DNA from: Candidatus Latescibacterota bacterium
GTDB taxonomy: Bacteria; Latescibacterota; UBA2968; UBA8231
Direction: 5' to 3'
Length of the DNA: 64,000 nucleotides
Assembly (NCBI GenBank): GCA_965197905.1
Contig: CBDAOB010000005.1
Location: 1,472,001-1,536,000 of the forward strand
Below, piece by piece: positions 47,141 through 56,775 of the stretch. Numbering within the stretch: position 1 is the stretch's first letter; every line of letters begins with the position of its first letter. Position numbers and translations under genes: made by a program. The notes under the pieces were generated by a model that was not told where the DNA came from, did no database searches, and saw nothing but the letters and a program-made list of their open reading frames with translations.

Positions 47141-48141
47141 GCAACGTCGGTGTCGCCGCCTGCCAGGTGGACCAGCCGAATCCAGCCCGCAGGGCCGACA
47201 TCGAGAACAACACCACACGCATGCTGGATATGGCTGAGATGGCGACCGTGGGCTACGAGCCGTTCATGCCGATTAAGCTGGTGGTATTTCCCGAGTTCGC
47301 ACATGCGGCCCCGGTGTATCCCACCGCCAAACAACTGCTGCAGCACCTCACCGTCCCCATTCCCAACGAACACACCGAGCGCTACGAAGCTAAAGCGAAG
47401 GAGCTGGGCATCTACATACAGACCGGAAGCTTCCTAGAGGAGGATGCCAGGTGGCCTGGAAAGGTGTTTAATGCCACCTGCCTAATCGGTCCCGAAGGAA
47501 TTCTTTTGAAATACCGCAAGGTAAATCCGTGGATACCCTGGGAGGTGCATGCCAGCCCCCACGATATAGAGGGCTATGATGAGGAGCTCTTTCCGGTAGC
47601 GCGCACAACGATCGGTTGTATCGGCGTGGCCATCTGCTACGACTGGTTCTTCCCCGAGCCTTTGCGCCAACTTGCGGCAAACGGGGCCGAGATTCTCCTC
47701 AGGGTCTCGGCCTACATGGATCCCTGGGGTGCCACTCCACCCATGGATTGGTGGACCGTGGTCAATCGTGCCCGCGCCCTGGAGAATACCTGTTTCGTGG
47801 TCGCCGCCAACCAGGGTGCCTCGCTGGCGCACTATGCGCCCTTCTCCTGGCCAGGTGGGAGCATGATCGTGGATTATGACGGTCGTATCCTGGCTCAGGC
47901 AGACCCGGGTCCAGGCGAAAAGATCGTCGCCACCGCGATCGATCTGGGCACCTTGCGGGCAGAGCGGGAACGCCGGCGCGGACACCTGCCACTCGCCCAT
48001 CTGCGCTCGGAAGCGTATGGGGTCTACGACAGCGGATACTTCCCCCAGGGTCGTCTCACCGCCAGCGATGATTGCACCGTCGAGATGAACGATGCCGCAA
48101 TCGCCGAGGCCAAGAGCCGGGTGCGACGCCATGGTGATTAA
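47107..48141 (+). CDS. Nitrilase/carbon-nitrogen hydrolase family protein
   Basis: Catalytic triad VFPEF, YRK, ICYD; GGSMIVDYDG. Start uncertain (TTG 47107 chosen). Confidence 0.88.
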   Translation: MEDESAEPVGLSNVGVAACQVDQPNPARRADIENNTTRMLDMAEMATVGYEPFMPIKLVVFPEFAHAAPVYPTAKQLLQHLTVPIPNEHTERYEAKAKELGIYIQTGSFLEEDARWPGKVFNATCLIGPEGILLKYRKVNPWIPWEVHASPHDIEGYDEELFPVARTTIGCIGVAICYDWFFPEPLRQLAANGAEILLRVSAYMDPWGATPPMDWWTVVNRARALENTCFVVAANQGASLAHYAPFSWPGGSMIVDYDGRILAQADPGPGEKIVATAIDLGTLRAERERRRGHLPLAHLRSEAYGVYDSGYFPQGRLTASDDCTVEMNDAAIAEAKSRVRRHGD

Positions 48142-48157
48142 ACGCCGAGGTCACTGA

Positions 48158-48796
48158 ATGGGTCCAACAGATACAACTCATGAGCGCGGACGGAAAAAAC
48201 CGGTGACTGGAGAAATAGCAGCCATCGCCACAAAGTCCACAGAATCTCCGCGGGACAGCGACCGGGAGTTGGTCGACCGATTCAAAGCGGGCGAGGAACG
48301 CGCCTTCAACGAGATCGTTCGCCGCTACCAGGAACGCATTTTTGCTTTTGTCTTCCGCATGGTTCACGACTTTGACGATGCCAGTGATCTAGCCCAGGAG
48401 GCCTTTATCAAAGCCCATGCCAAGATCGGGGGGTTTCGAGGGGATTCTGGGTTATATACGTGGCTCTATAGAATTGCGTTAAATATAACTATTAACTTCT
48501 TGCGCAAGAAAAAGTTAAGGACGTTTGTGAGGTTCGATGGGCTGTCCGAGACCCTCTTCAGCCCGGGCGGGCCCGAAACCGATCTCCAACAGTCCCAGCT
48601 GCAGCATCAGGTGGATGCCGCGATTGCCCTGCTGCCGGCACGTCAACGGAGTATCTTCGTTTTGCGGTATTACGACCGGATGTCTCACAAAGAGATTGCC
48701 AGAATCGTGAAACGAACAGAGGGCAATGTCCGCGCCGGGTACTTTCATGCGGTGAAGAAGCTGCAGGTTCTCCTGAGCGATGTGGTGGCGAAATGA
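48158..48796 (+). CDS. ECF-type RNA polymerase sigma factor
   Basis: AFNEIVRRYQ, DASDLAQEAF, YTWLYRIALN, LPARQRSIFVLRY...SHKEIA. Confidence 0.93.
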   Translation: MGPTDTTHERGRKKPVTGEIAAIATKSTESPRDSDRELVDRFKAGEERAFNEIVRRYQERIFAFVFRMVHDFDDASDLAQEAFIKAHAKIGGFRGDSGLYTWLYRIALNITINFLRKKKLRTFVRFDGLSETLFSPGGPETDLQQSQLQHQVDAAIALLPARQRSIFVLRYYDRMSHKEIARIVKRTEGNVRAGYFHAVKKLQVLLSDVVAK

Positions 48797-49329
48797 GAGT
48801 TGAATCCGGTTGTCGAGAAGAAGCCGTCCTGCTGCAATTCCTGGACGAAGCGCTCGAGCCTGAGTTGCGCGTGAAACTTCAGCACCACCTCGATATCTGT
48901 CTGTCATGTCGGTACCGCCTGGAAGGTCTCCGGGCGACGCTGGACCTGGCTGACAAGGCATCGACGCCGACTCCGAATCCGTTGTTCGCCAGCGGTTTTT
49001 CATACAAGGTGCGGCAGGGCATTGAAAAGCGCCGTCGCCGGAACGGGCAGGTGCGTTTCGCGGCCGGAATCGCGGCTGTCTGCGGCTGCCTCTTGGGCGC
49101 CGTTTGGCTCTCCGCACCGTCCACCCGTGTCCCCGAATTCGAGACGCCGCGATTGCAGGAAGTCGCCATCCAGGGCAGCGACGAAGTCGGGTCCGTAGAC
49201 GACTCCGGCGAGGAGCTTGTTTCGTTGATTGATAGCTATCTCTTGGAGACAGCTTCGACGGACGAGTTGATGGGGCAGATGGAGGTTCTCGACTCGAGGG
49301 AGCTCGTCGCCATGATTGAGGAGGACTAA
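48793..49329 (+). CDS. Anti-sigma factor with zinc-binding HxxxCxxC and one TM helix
   Basis: HLDICLSC; TM FAAGIAAVCGCLLGAVWL; ATGA overlap with the ECF sigma gene. Confidence 0.85.
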   Translation: MRVESGCREEAVLLQFLDEALEPELRVKLQHHLDICLSCRYRLEGLRATLDLADKASTPTPNPLFASGFSYKVRQGIEKRRRRNGQVRFAAGIAAVCGCLLGAVWLSAPSTRVPEFETPRLQEVAIQGSDEVGSVDDSGEELVSLIDSYLLETASTDELMGQMEVLDSRELVAMIEED

Positions 49330-49331
49330 CT

Positions 49332-49832
49332 ATGGCTAAACTACGCCTGTTGTTGTCGGTGTTTGTGGTGATGGCAACCGCGGCTGTCTGCCTGGCGCAG
49401 GAACGTCCTCGCTTCCAAATGAACACGGAGCGCATGCATCTGATCAAGCTCTGGAGATTGGTTGACGAACTTGAGGTGGATGAGGAGCAGGCCGCGACCT
49501 TCTTCCCGGTTTGGAGCAAACACCAACGGGAGCGCAAGGGGATCCTCGACCGGCGCAAGGTGGCGTCCGAGGAACTCTCGAAGCTTCTCGAGGCAGATTC
49601 CGACGAGAAAATCGCGGACCAGCTGAGTAAAGTTCGCGATATCGATGCGGAACTACAGCTATTGGACGGCGATTTCAAGGAGAGACTTAGCGGTATCCTA
49701 TCGATCAACCAACAGGCCAGACTGCTGCTCTTCGAGGACCGCTTCCGAAGCGACCTGCGCAATCTCGTACGTGATTTTCAGGGTATGCGCAGAGGCAGAG
49801 GGAGAGCGCCAGGTTGGAAGCGGCCAGAGTGA
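49332..49832 (+). CDS. Periplasmic Spy/CpxP-like protein
   Basis: Signal peptide; ELEVDEEQAATFFP...ILSINQQARLLLFE; third gene of the ECF unit. Confidence 0.75.
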   Translation: MAKLRLLLSVFVVMATAAVCLAQERPRFQMNTERMHLIKLWRLVDELEVDEEQAATFFPVWSKHQRERKGILDRRKVASEELSKLLEADSDEKIADQLSKVRDIDAELQLLDGDFKERLSGILSINQQARLLLFEDRFRSDLRNLVRDFQGMRRGRGRAPGWKRPE

Positions 49833-49899
49833 TCGCCCTATTCATAGCGCCAGGGTCTCGGCGGCATTGCCGGTGGTCCGCCGGTGAATCGCGAGTCTG

Positions 49900-50595
49900 T
49901 TGAAACGCTACACCTCAAAACAGATCCAGCGCACCATTTCGAAGTTCCCCACGAAACAGACCGACGTCCAGGTAGCAGACGATCTGTGCCTCCACATTAC
50001 CGAAGCGGAGGACGCGTATGAATTGCTCGACGACCTGATCGAAAAAGAAACTCGATTTCAGCGCACTGAGCGGTTTCCGTACTGGGCAGAGCTCTGGCCC
50101 GCGTCTATCGGGTTGTCTAGATGGTTCTCCCGGCAAAAAGCAGACCTGCGGGCGACTTCTGCGCTGGAACTTGGCTGCGGGCTCGGACTGGTTGCGGTGA
50201 CCCTCTCGCGATTGGGTTGGCGTATAAGGGCGACCGATTTCGTCGAAGATGCACTCGTTTTTACGTCCCACAACGGAATCGCCAACCGTGCCGGAGGAAA
50301 TCTGAACGTGGCCTATTTGGATTGGAGCAGTCCCGTGGGTCAGCGCACCGATCTTCTGGTCGCGTCCGATGTTGCATACGACCGGAAGAACCATCCCTAT
50401 CTGAATCGGGTACTGCGCGCGTTGTTGAACGACGGAGGACAACTGATTCTGAGCGACCCGGGCCGCCCGGCTGCCCGTCCCTTTTTTGAGTTGTTGGAGG
50501 GCAGCGGATACCGCCACGAGCAAGAGTCGGTTGCGGTAACCTGGAAGAGCACCGAGCACAAAGTCGATATCCACCGGTTTCAAAAACCGGATTAG
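49900..50595 (+). CDS. SAM-dependent methyltransferase, METTL21/Nnt1 (protein-lysine MTase-like) family
   Basis: PYWAELWPAS, LELGCGLG, ATDF, LDW, ASDVAY, SDPGR. Confidence 0.85.
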   Translation: MKRYTSKQIQRTISKFPTKQTDVQVADDLCLHITEAEDAYELLDDLIEKETRFQRTERFPYWAELWPASIGLSRWFSRQKADLRATSALELGCGLGLVAVTLSRLGWRIRATDFVEDALVFTSHNGIANRAGGNLNVAYLDWSSPVGQRTDLLVASDVAYDRKNHPYLNRVLRALLNDGGQLILSDPGRPAARPFFELLEGSGYRHEQESVAVTWKSTEHKVDIHRFQKPD

Positions 50596-51542
50596 GAGTT
50601 CGCTCCCGACTCCAGGAGGGCTCGGAGATGCTCTTCGGAAGCAGCCGCTGTCGCCTCGAGGTCGTACCCGCCCTCCAGAACCGAAACCAGCTTTCCCTCA
50701 CAACAACGTTCAGCAACTCCCGTCATGGTCTTTGTTAGCTCCCGGTATCCGTTTTCGGTCAATTCAACATCTCCGAGCGGATCCCGGCGATGGGCGTCGA
50801 AACCGGCCGAGATCAACAGGAACTGGGGGTTGAAATCCTCCAGAGCCGGCGCCAGTTGCTGCTCGAATATCTCCTGGTACTGTTGGTCGCCGTAACCCCG
50901 CGTAACCGGAATGTTGAGTGTTGTACCCAAACCCTCGCCGACGCCGCGCTCACGGCCGGCACCGGTGCCGGGGTAGTGCGGATATTGATGGATGCTGGAG
51001 AAGAACACCGATGGATCGGCTTCGAAACTGTGCTGGGTGCCGTTCCCGTGGTGCACATCCCAATCGATGATGGCCACCCGGTCGAGGCGGTGCGCGGAGC
51101 GCAAATGGCGGGCACCGACAGCGACATTGTTGTAGAAGCAGAATCCCATGGCGACCGCCTTTTCGGCATGGTGCCCCGGCGGCCGGATGGCGCAAAAGGC
51201 GTTGCCCGCGTTGCCGTCCATGACCGAGTCGATCGCCGCGACGACGCCGCCGGCGGCCAGCCGCGCCGCGCGCTCTGTTCCAGGAGAGGCAATAGTATCC
51301 TCGCAAATGGCTTGCAGTCCGCCGCTGGAGGCATGCGCGATGCACGCCAGGTGCTCAGGGGTATGATTCCTTTCCAGGGCTTCGGTTGTCGCTTCTTCAG
51401 GAGTCAGCAGTTCGACTTTAGAGAGCAGTCCGCTGCCGTCGAAGCGATCCATAATGCTCGCCACACGGTCTGGGCGTTCGGGATGACCGGGCCCGGCTTG
51501 GTGGCGGATGCAGTCGGGATGATAAACGAGCGCTGTAGTCAT
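50592..51542 (-). CDS. Histone deacetylase family (zinc-dependent amidohydrolase) protein
   Basis: HPERPDR, RPPGHHA, MGFCFYNN, IDWDVHHGNGTQ, SIHQ.P.YPGTG, SAGFDAH..DPL, LEGGY. Confidence 0.95.
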   Translation of the reverse strand: MTTALVYHPDCIRHQAGPGHPERPDRVASIMDRFDGSGLLSKVELLTPEEATTEALERNHTPEHLACIAHASSGGLQAICEDTIASPGTERAARLAAGGVVAAIDSVMDGNAGNAFCAIRPPGHHAEKAVAMGFCFYNNVAVGARHLRSAHRLDRVAIIDWDVHHGNGTQHSFEADPSVFFSSIHQYPHYPGTGAGRERGVGEGLGTTLNIPVTRGYGDQQYQEIFEQQLAPALEDFNPQFLLISAGFDAHRRDPLGDVELTENGYRELTKTMTGVAERCCEGKLVSVLEGGYDLEATAAASEEHLRALLESGANS

Positions 51543-51991
51543 TCGCACACTCCTGATGCGGCGTCCAGGGCGCGTAGGGCCAACTGCCTGACGTCGTCTG
51601 CCATGTCGAGACGGTGGAGATCTCTCGAGTCACACCACACGTGTTTGCCAGACTCTCGAGGATTCAGACGCAGGGTCCCCCCGGCGACGACCGCGAAAAA
51701 AATGAAATCGATATGTTGATGGCTCGGACCGATCTCCTCTAGCAGGGTGCACACAGGTTCAATCAGAACCGGCACTTCGCCGAGCATTTGTCGTGCACCC
51801 AGAATCCTCGCTTCCAGTCCGGTCTCTTCTCGCACCTCGCGTACTGCCGCGGATTCGGGCAACTCGTTTGGTTCCAGGTGGCCGCCCGGCGGCAACCAGG
51901 CTTGGAGTTTCTGATGCCAAAGCAGCAGGGTCTTGCCGGCTTCAACAACGAAGGTGGTGGCGGCGAAATCACGGGTCATGGGCGTATTCAC
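51539..51991 (-). CDS. NUDIX hydrolase
   Basis: WLPPGGHLEPNELPESAAVREVREETGL (Nudix box); HQHIDFIF. Confidence 0.92.
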   Translation of the reverse strand: MNTPMTRDFAATTFVVEAGKTLLLWHQKLQAWLPPGGHLEPNELPESAAVREVREETGLEARILGARQMLGEVPVLIEPVCTLLEEIGPSHQHIDFIFFAVVAGGTLRLNPRESGKHVWCDSRDLHRLDMADDVRQLALRALDAASGVCE

Positions 51992-52093
51992 TATCGTGGA
52001 CCACTAAAAGTGGCGCGGAATCCTGGTCGGCCCCAGCTTCGCTCAGGGTTTTCCACGGCTGCGATTCGAATTTTCCGATGTTGACCTAACTTA

Positions 52094-52120
52094 TTAAGAA
52101 AACGGCAATTATGCCGATAA
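52094..52120 (+). promoter_or_regulatory. sigma28 (FliA/WhiG)-like promoter
   Basis: TTAAGAAA-N11-GCCGATAA; perfect sigma28 -10 element. Confidence 0.55.
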
Positions 52121-52152
52121 AATGGAAGTCCGAGTAGCCATTGGTCTGGGTC

Positions 52153-52182
52153 TTGACAGGGCTGCAATCGAGAGAGTATACT
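52153..52182 (+). promoter_or_regulatory. sigma70 promoter
   Basis: TTGACA-N18-TATACT. Confidence 0.6.
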
Positions 52183-52244
52183 AACACTAACTGACTCTAG
52201 CACAGTGCTTTGCTCTGTGCGGATACATCTCCCCGAGATTATCG

Positions 52245-53294
52245 ATGAGCACTCAGCTCGCTTTAGAAAAGTCCCCAGTATCGTCCGCATCCGACGTAAT
52301 AGTTCTCGACAGCAAGGTACCGGATCGCATCATCTGGCCCCTTGCCGGCGGCAAGGGCGGAACCGGCAAATCCACGCTCACCGCCAATATGGGTGTCGCG
52401 CTCGCGCTTTTGGGGTATAAGGTTATTCTGGTGGATGGAGACTTGGGTGGCGCCGATCTCCACCTCTTCTTCAACCAGATCGCTCCGCCGCGAAGCATCA
52501 GTAACTTCCTGACGAAAGATGTAGAGACTCTGCGGGATGTCGTGCTTCCGACCCCCAGCGCCAATCTCAAGATCGTGTGCGGGGGCAACGAAATGGTTGG
52601 GCTAGCCAATCTGCCGTACATGGTAAAAGAGAAACTCCTGAGGCACATTCGAGACCTAGACGCCGATTTCATTCTTCTCGATCTGGGTGCGGGCACCTCC
52701 TATAACACCCTCGATCTCTTCTCGCTCTCCGACCAGGGCATGATCGTTTGCACTCCAGAACCTCAGGCCAGGGTCGATGCTTACCGGTTCATCAAAAATA
52801 CGGTATATCGCAAACTGCGACGGCGTTTCGCCAAGAACGAAGATATCAGGAAAGGGGTAATCGAGCGTTTTGCCACCGGGTCGGGCCGCAAAAGCGGACG
52901 CATTCGCGAGCTGTTGGAATTGATCTACGCCGCCGATGAGACCGCTGGTGTCGAAGCCGAGACCTTGCTGCGTGCATTTCGTCCCAAGCTTATCTTAAAC
53001 AGGGTGCGAAACAAGAGGCAGGTGGAAGAAGCTCAGCGGTTTATTGTGCTCGTCAAAGAATATCTCTCCACAGAAATGAAGTATGTAGGTTACGTTCGCA
53101 GCGACATGAAGATCCTGGATGCCTGCGAGCGTCGTCGGCCCTTGCTGATCGAGTCGCCAAAATCCCCGTCTGCGCGCGACCTCTGCAATCTTGTCATGAA
53201 CGGCCTGAAGGTCGAAGACCGGCTGCATCGTATTACCGCCGATCGCTACCGGAAAATGGCGGACATGGCAAAGGCCGAAGCGAAGTTTTGGTGA
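52245..53294 (+). CDS. MinD/FlhG/ParA family ATPase
   Basis: Deviant Walker A GGKGGTGKS, LVDGDLGGADL, LLDLGAG, TPEP, LILNRV. Confidence 0.9.
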   Translation: MSTQLALEKSPVSSASDVIVLDSKVPDRIIWPLAGGKGGTGKSTLTANMGVALALLGYKVILVDGDLGGADLHLFFNQIAPPRSISNFLTKDVETLRDVVLPTPSANLKIVCGGNEMVGLANLPYMVKEKLLRHIRDLDADFILLDLGAGTSYNTLDLFSLSDQGMIVCTPEPQARVDAYRFIKNTVYRKLRRRFAKNEDIRKGVIERFATGSGRKSGRIRELLELIYAADETAGVEAETLLRAFRPKLILNRVRNKRQVEEAQRFIVLVKEYLSTEMKYVGYVRSDMKILDACERRRPLLIESPKSPSARDLCNLVMNGLKVEDRLHRITADRYRKMADMAKAEAKFW

Positions 53295-53353
53295 TTTCAC
53301 CGCTCCCCGCGACGATTTTTTTTAGCGCACATACCTCAAAAAGACCGGTCCCC

Positions 53354-54436
53354 GTGAAGGAAGCCTGGATACGAGGATCCCTGTGGGATCGTGCCGCGCT
53401 CGCTTGGAAGGGTACCGAGCCCGAATCCTCCGAGACCCTTGATGTGTTCAAGGAGTTGCGATGCGCCAAAAAGATTCTGATCCTGCCCAACGACAGGGTG
53501 GGCGGGCTCTTTATCGGTGCCCCCATATACAAAGCGTTGAGGCAGAAGTATCCAGAAGCAGAAATCTCCTTGCTGGTGGATGAAAGCAAGGAATCTATTG
53601 CCCGCCAACTGCCGTTCGTCGACACCGTTATCACCACCGCCCTTTCAAGATCCATCTGGAACGCCGAATTTGAGCAGTTTGCCGCGGAATTGGGGCGCAA
53701 GGAGTTTGATATCGCCTTTTGTCTCGGTGCCGATTGCAGTTTCAGATTGGTGCAGTTGTGTAAGGCGAGCGGTGCCCGGCTCCGGGTAGGATTTCGGCGG
53801 CAAGGTGTCGAGCCGTTCAATATCGAGATCGTACCTCGCAGCACGCGGATCTACGAAGGAGACCAGTATTCGAGCATGTTGCGAATGTTGGGCATCGACG
53901 CCGGTAACCCGGTGAAATGGACGCTGAGCCAGGACCAGGCGCAAAAAATCAGGGAGCGCTACCTAGACGATGACTTCGCCAAGAGCATGGTGGTGGGCAT
54001 CGACATAGCGCGGGGGGAAGGGGGCGGATTGAGCAATCGCCAATTGGACGACGTCGTAGGACGGGTCATCGAGCGTGGGGCGCGGGCTTTGTTATTCTTT
54101 TCTCTCGCGGAGAAGAAACGGGTAAACTATCTTAAGGAAACTTACGGCAATCGGGCCCTGCTTTTCGAGCAGGATAACCTGCCTGATGTGGCAGCCCTCA
54201 TCGAAGGCTGCACCGTTTTGATTGCCTGCAACACCGACCTGCTCCACCTGGGCATCTCCCTTCAGGTCCCTTCCGTGGGGATATTTGAGGATGACCCCCT
54301 GCGGTGGGTGTCTAGCGAAAATCCACTTGTTAAGGTGGTCCAAGGGCGCGACACGACCGGCGTGAAGATTACCCAGATTGTTCACGCGCTGGAAGAAGTT
54401 TTGCGTGTCATCCGGGACACTGAGAGCGTCGGCTAA
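53354..54436 (+). CDS. Glycosyltransferase family 9 (heptosyltransferase)-like protein, divergent
   Basis: KKILI...RVGGLFIGAP..ALRQKYPEAEISLL, GARLRVGF, AALIE.C..LIACNTDLLHLG.SLQVPSVGIF. Confidence 0.8.
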   Translation: MKEAWIRGSLWDRAALAWKGTEPESSETLDVFKELRCAKKILILPNDRVGGLFIGAPIYKALRQKYPEAEISLLVDESKESIARQLPFVDTVITTALSRSIWNAEFEQFAAELGRKEFDIAFCLGADCSFRLVQLCKASGARLRVGFRRQGVEPFNIEIVPRSTRIYEGDQYSSMLRMLGIDAGNPVKWTLSQDQAQKIRERYLDDDFAKSMVVGIDIARGEGGGLSNRQLDDVVGRVIERGARALLFFSLAEKKRVNYLKETYGNRALLFEQDNLPDVAALIEGCTVLIACNTDLLHLGISLQVPSVGIFEDDPLRWVSSENPLVKVVQGRDTTGVKITQIVHALEEVLRVIRDTESVG

Positions 54437-54475
54437 GTTCCACGGTCCCGCTCGCGAGATTCGAGGAAGGCTGCG

Positions 54476-54736
54476 ATGGAAGAAATGGTGGAACCCGATC
54501 GCACGATCATGATCGTGTCGATAATTGGCATCGTGATCATCTGGGGCAGCTTTTTCTATCACAAGTTCGTTCAGGGTGGCGACGCCGATTCAGGCAGCTC
54601 GGAACCCGGCCCCGAAGACGATGTGGAGCAATCAACTCCGGAGGGCATAGCGGCTGGCGAAGGCGACTCGGGCACGGTTGAAAAGCCTGCAAAAGCGGAC
54701 AATCGCAAGAAGGGAAAACGCAGAAAAAAGCGCTAG
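54476..54736 (+). CDS. Small single-TM protein
   Basis: Hydrophobic IMIVSIIGIVIIWGSFFY, acidic linker, basic tail RKKGKRRKKR. Confidence 0.6.
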   Translation: MEEMVEPDRTIMIVSIIGIVIIWGSFFYHKFVQGGDADSGSSEPGPEDDVEQSTPEGIAAGEGDSGTVEKPAKADNRKKGKRRKKR

Positions 54737-54763
54737 ATCGCTGCGCGTAGATGTGAGGAGTAT

Positions 54764-56005
54764 ATGGCAACGGAAGTAATAATGCCCAAACTAGGGCTAA
54801 CGATGGAACAGGGCACCATCGGGAGCTGGATGGTGGACGAGGGGCAAGAGGTAAAGAAGGGCGATCCTCTTCTAGAGGTGGTGACCGACAAGCTCACCAT
54901 GGAGGTCGAGGCCCAGAAATCCGGCATGCTGCGAAAAATCATCGTGGAGGCCGGCACGGAGGTCCCGGTATTTACGCTGGTTGGAATTATCGGCAAAGCC
55001 GACGAGGATATCAGCTCCCTGCTTGGCGGACCAGCTAGCCCTGAAGCTCAGGCTGCCGTGGCGGCGCCTGAACCAGCAGCGGCCACGGTGGAAGCGCCCG
55101 TAGCCGCGACTCCTAAACTGGAACCGGCGATCAGCGTCGATGGCAACCGTCAACCGCACAGGGCGTCGCCAAAGGCTCGGAAGATGGCCGCCGAGCGCGG
55201 ACTCGACCTGAGTCGAGTAGTGGGCAGTGGCCCGGGGGGACGAATCGTCAGTGCCGATCTCGCCGGTGTTCAAGGTTCGACCGCTCCGGGCGCAGCCGTG
55301 CCGGCGGTTGCGGCCGTACCCTCCCCGGGTGCCGGCGAATCGGTTGAATTGACACGGGCCCAGCAGATAACCGGTGAACGCCTTACCGCGAGCTATCAGC
55401 AGATTCCCCACATCCACATCGGCATGCACGTATCGGCCGTCTGGCTGAAACAGTTTCGCGACGGATACGCCATTGAAGGCAAGAAGATCTCCTACAACGA
55501 CCTGATTTTGAAAGCTACAGGCAAGGCGCTGGTCGAGTTCCCGCGGGTAAACAGTGTCCTGGAGGGCCACCAGGTTCGCCATATGCGAGAGGTCAATGTC
55601 GGGTTTGCGGCCGACACTCCAAAGGGACTGCTGGTGCCGGTCGTCAAGGATGTCGCCGCGAAATCGGTCGAGGAGATTGCCGCCGACACGGCGAGGCTGG
55701 TCGACGGCGCGCGAACGGGGGGGATCAAGCCAGACGACATGGGTGGAGGGACCTTCACGATTTCCAATCTGGGCATGTACGGTGTATCGCAGTTCACCGC
55801 AATCATCAATCCCCCACAAGTGGCAATCCTTGCCGTCGGGGCGATCGAGCAACGAGTCGTGGCGCTGCCCAATGGCGCTCTGACCGCCCAGCTGCAACTG
55901 ACGCTCAATCTCGCCGCCGATCATCGCGTGGTCGACGGTGCCCTGGCAGCGCGGTTCCTCGGGCGACTCAAAGAGATCCTGGAAACGCCCGGTCTACTGG
56001 GCTGA
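54764..56005 (+). CDS. Dihydrolipoamide acyltransferase (E2) of a 2-oxoacid dehydrogenase complex
   Basis: Lipoyl domain MPKLG...EVVTDK; E3-binding ASPKARKMA...GSGPGGRI; GGTFTISNLG, IINPPQ, DHRVVDG. Confidence 0.95.
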   Translation: MATEVIMPKLGLTMEQGTIGSWMVDEGQEVKKGDPLLEVVTDKLTMEVEAQKSGMLRKIIVEAGTEVPVFTLVGIIGKADEDISSLLGGPASPEAQAAVAAPEPAAATVEAPVAATPKLEPAISVDGNRQPHRASPKARKMAAERGLDLSRVVGSGPGGRIVSADLAGVQGSTAPGAAVPAVAAVPSPGAGESVELTRAQQITGERLTASYQQIPHIHIGMHVSAVWLKQFRDGYAIEGKKISYNDLILKATGKALVEFPRVNSVLEGHQVRHMREVNVGFAADTPKGLLVPVVKDVAAKSVEEIAADTARLVDGARTGGIKPDDMGGGTFTISNLGMYGVSQFTAIINPPQVAILAVGAIEQRVVALPNGALTAQLQLTLNLAADHRVVDGALAARFLGRLKEILETPGLLG

Positions 56006-56016
56006 GTTCCACCGGC

Positions 56017-56775
56017 TTGAGCAAGCGGGAAGCGGCGATCAGGGACCTGGTCAGGGGTAGTTATGAGGACCCCAGCGTCGTTGCCAGATACACGACGGTA
56101 GGCCTGTGGCCCGCTGAAGAAATTCTTATCCTCGAATACGTTCCGGACAACGCGCTCGTACTCGACCTCGGGTGCGGAGCGGGCCGCACAACAGTGGTGC
56201 TCGCTGAACTCGGCCTTCGCGTCCACGGCGTCGACATCAGCTCCACCATGGTGGATATCGCTCGCCGCCAGACGGAGCTCGCCCACGTCCAGGCCGACTA
56301 TTCTGTAATGGACGCCATGAAGCTAGGTTTTCCGGACAACTCTTTTGAGGTCGCCCTCTATTCCTACAACGGCATCGAACTCGTCCCCGGAATTCGCGGA
56401 AAACTGCGGGTAATGGAAGAGGTCTGGAGGGTGCTCAGGAAAGGCGGGCACCTGATTTTCAGCTCCCACTCCTTCTTCGCGCTGAACCGATTTTTCCCCG
56501 GGAGATTATTTGGTGTGGCGAAATTTTGCGCCGGACGCTTCTGCGGTCTGCCGGTGATGGAAGCGGAATTTGGCGAGCGTTTCATCGACGACGAACTCGA
56601 GGAAGTGAAGTACCTGCAGGTTTTACCCCCTTCGACATGGATCCGAATGCTGAAGTCGAGCGGCTACGAAATGTGCTACTTCAACAACAGAAACCGGATC
56701 GAAAAGGGAATGAAATGGGGTTTCCCGGGACAGTTCGAAGGCAGCGAGCGGTTCTATGTCGCCCGCAAAAATTAA
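56017..56775 (+). CDS. Class I SAM-dependent methyltransferase
   Basis: VLDLGCGAGR, GVDISSTMV, FPDNSF, EVWRVLRKGG. Confidence 0.9.
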   Translation: MSKREAAIRDLVRGSYEDPSVVARYTTVGLWPAEEILILEYVPDNALVLDLGCGAGRTTVVLAELGLRVHGVDISSTMVDIARRQTELAHVQADYSVMDAMKLGFPDNSFEVALYSYNGIELVPGIRGKLRVMEEVWRVLRKGGHLIFSSHSFFALNRFFPGRLFGVAKFCAGRFCGLPVMEAEFGERFIDDELEEVKYLQVLPPSTWIRMLKSSGYEMCYFNNRNRIEKGMKWGFPGQFEGSERFYVARKN

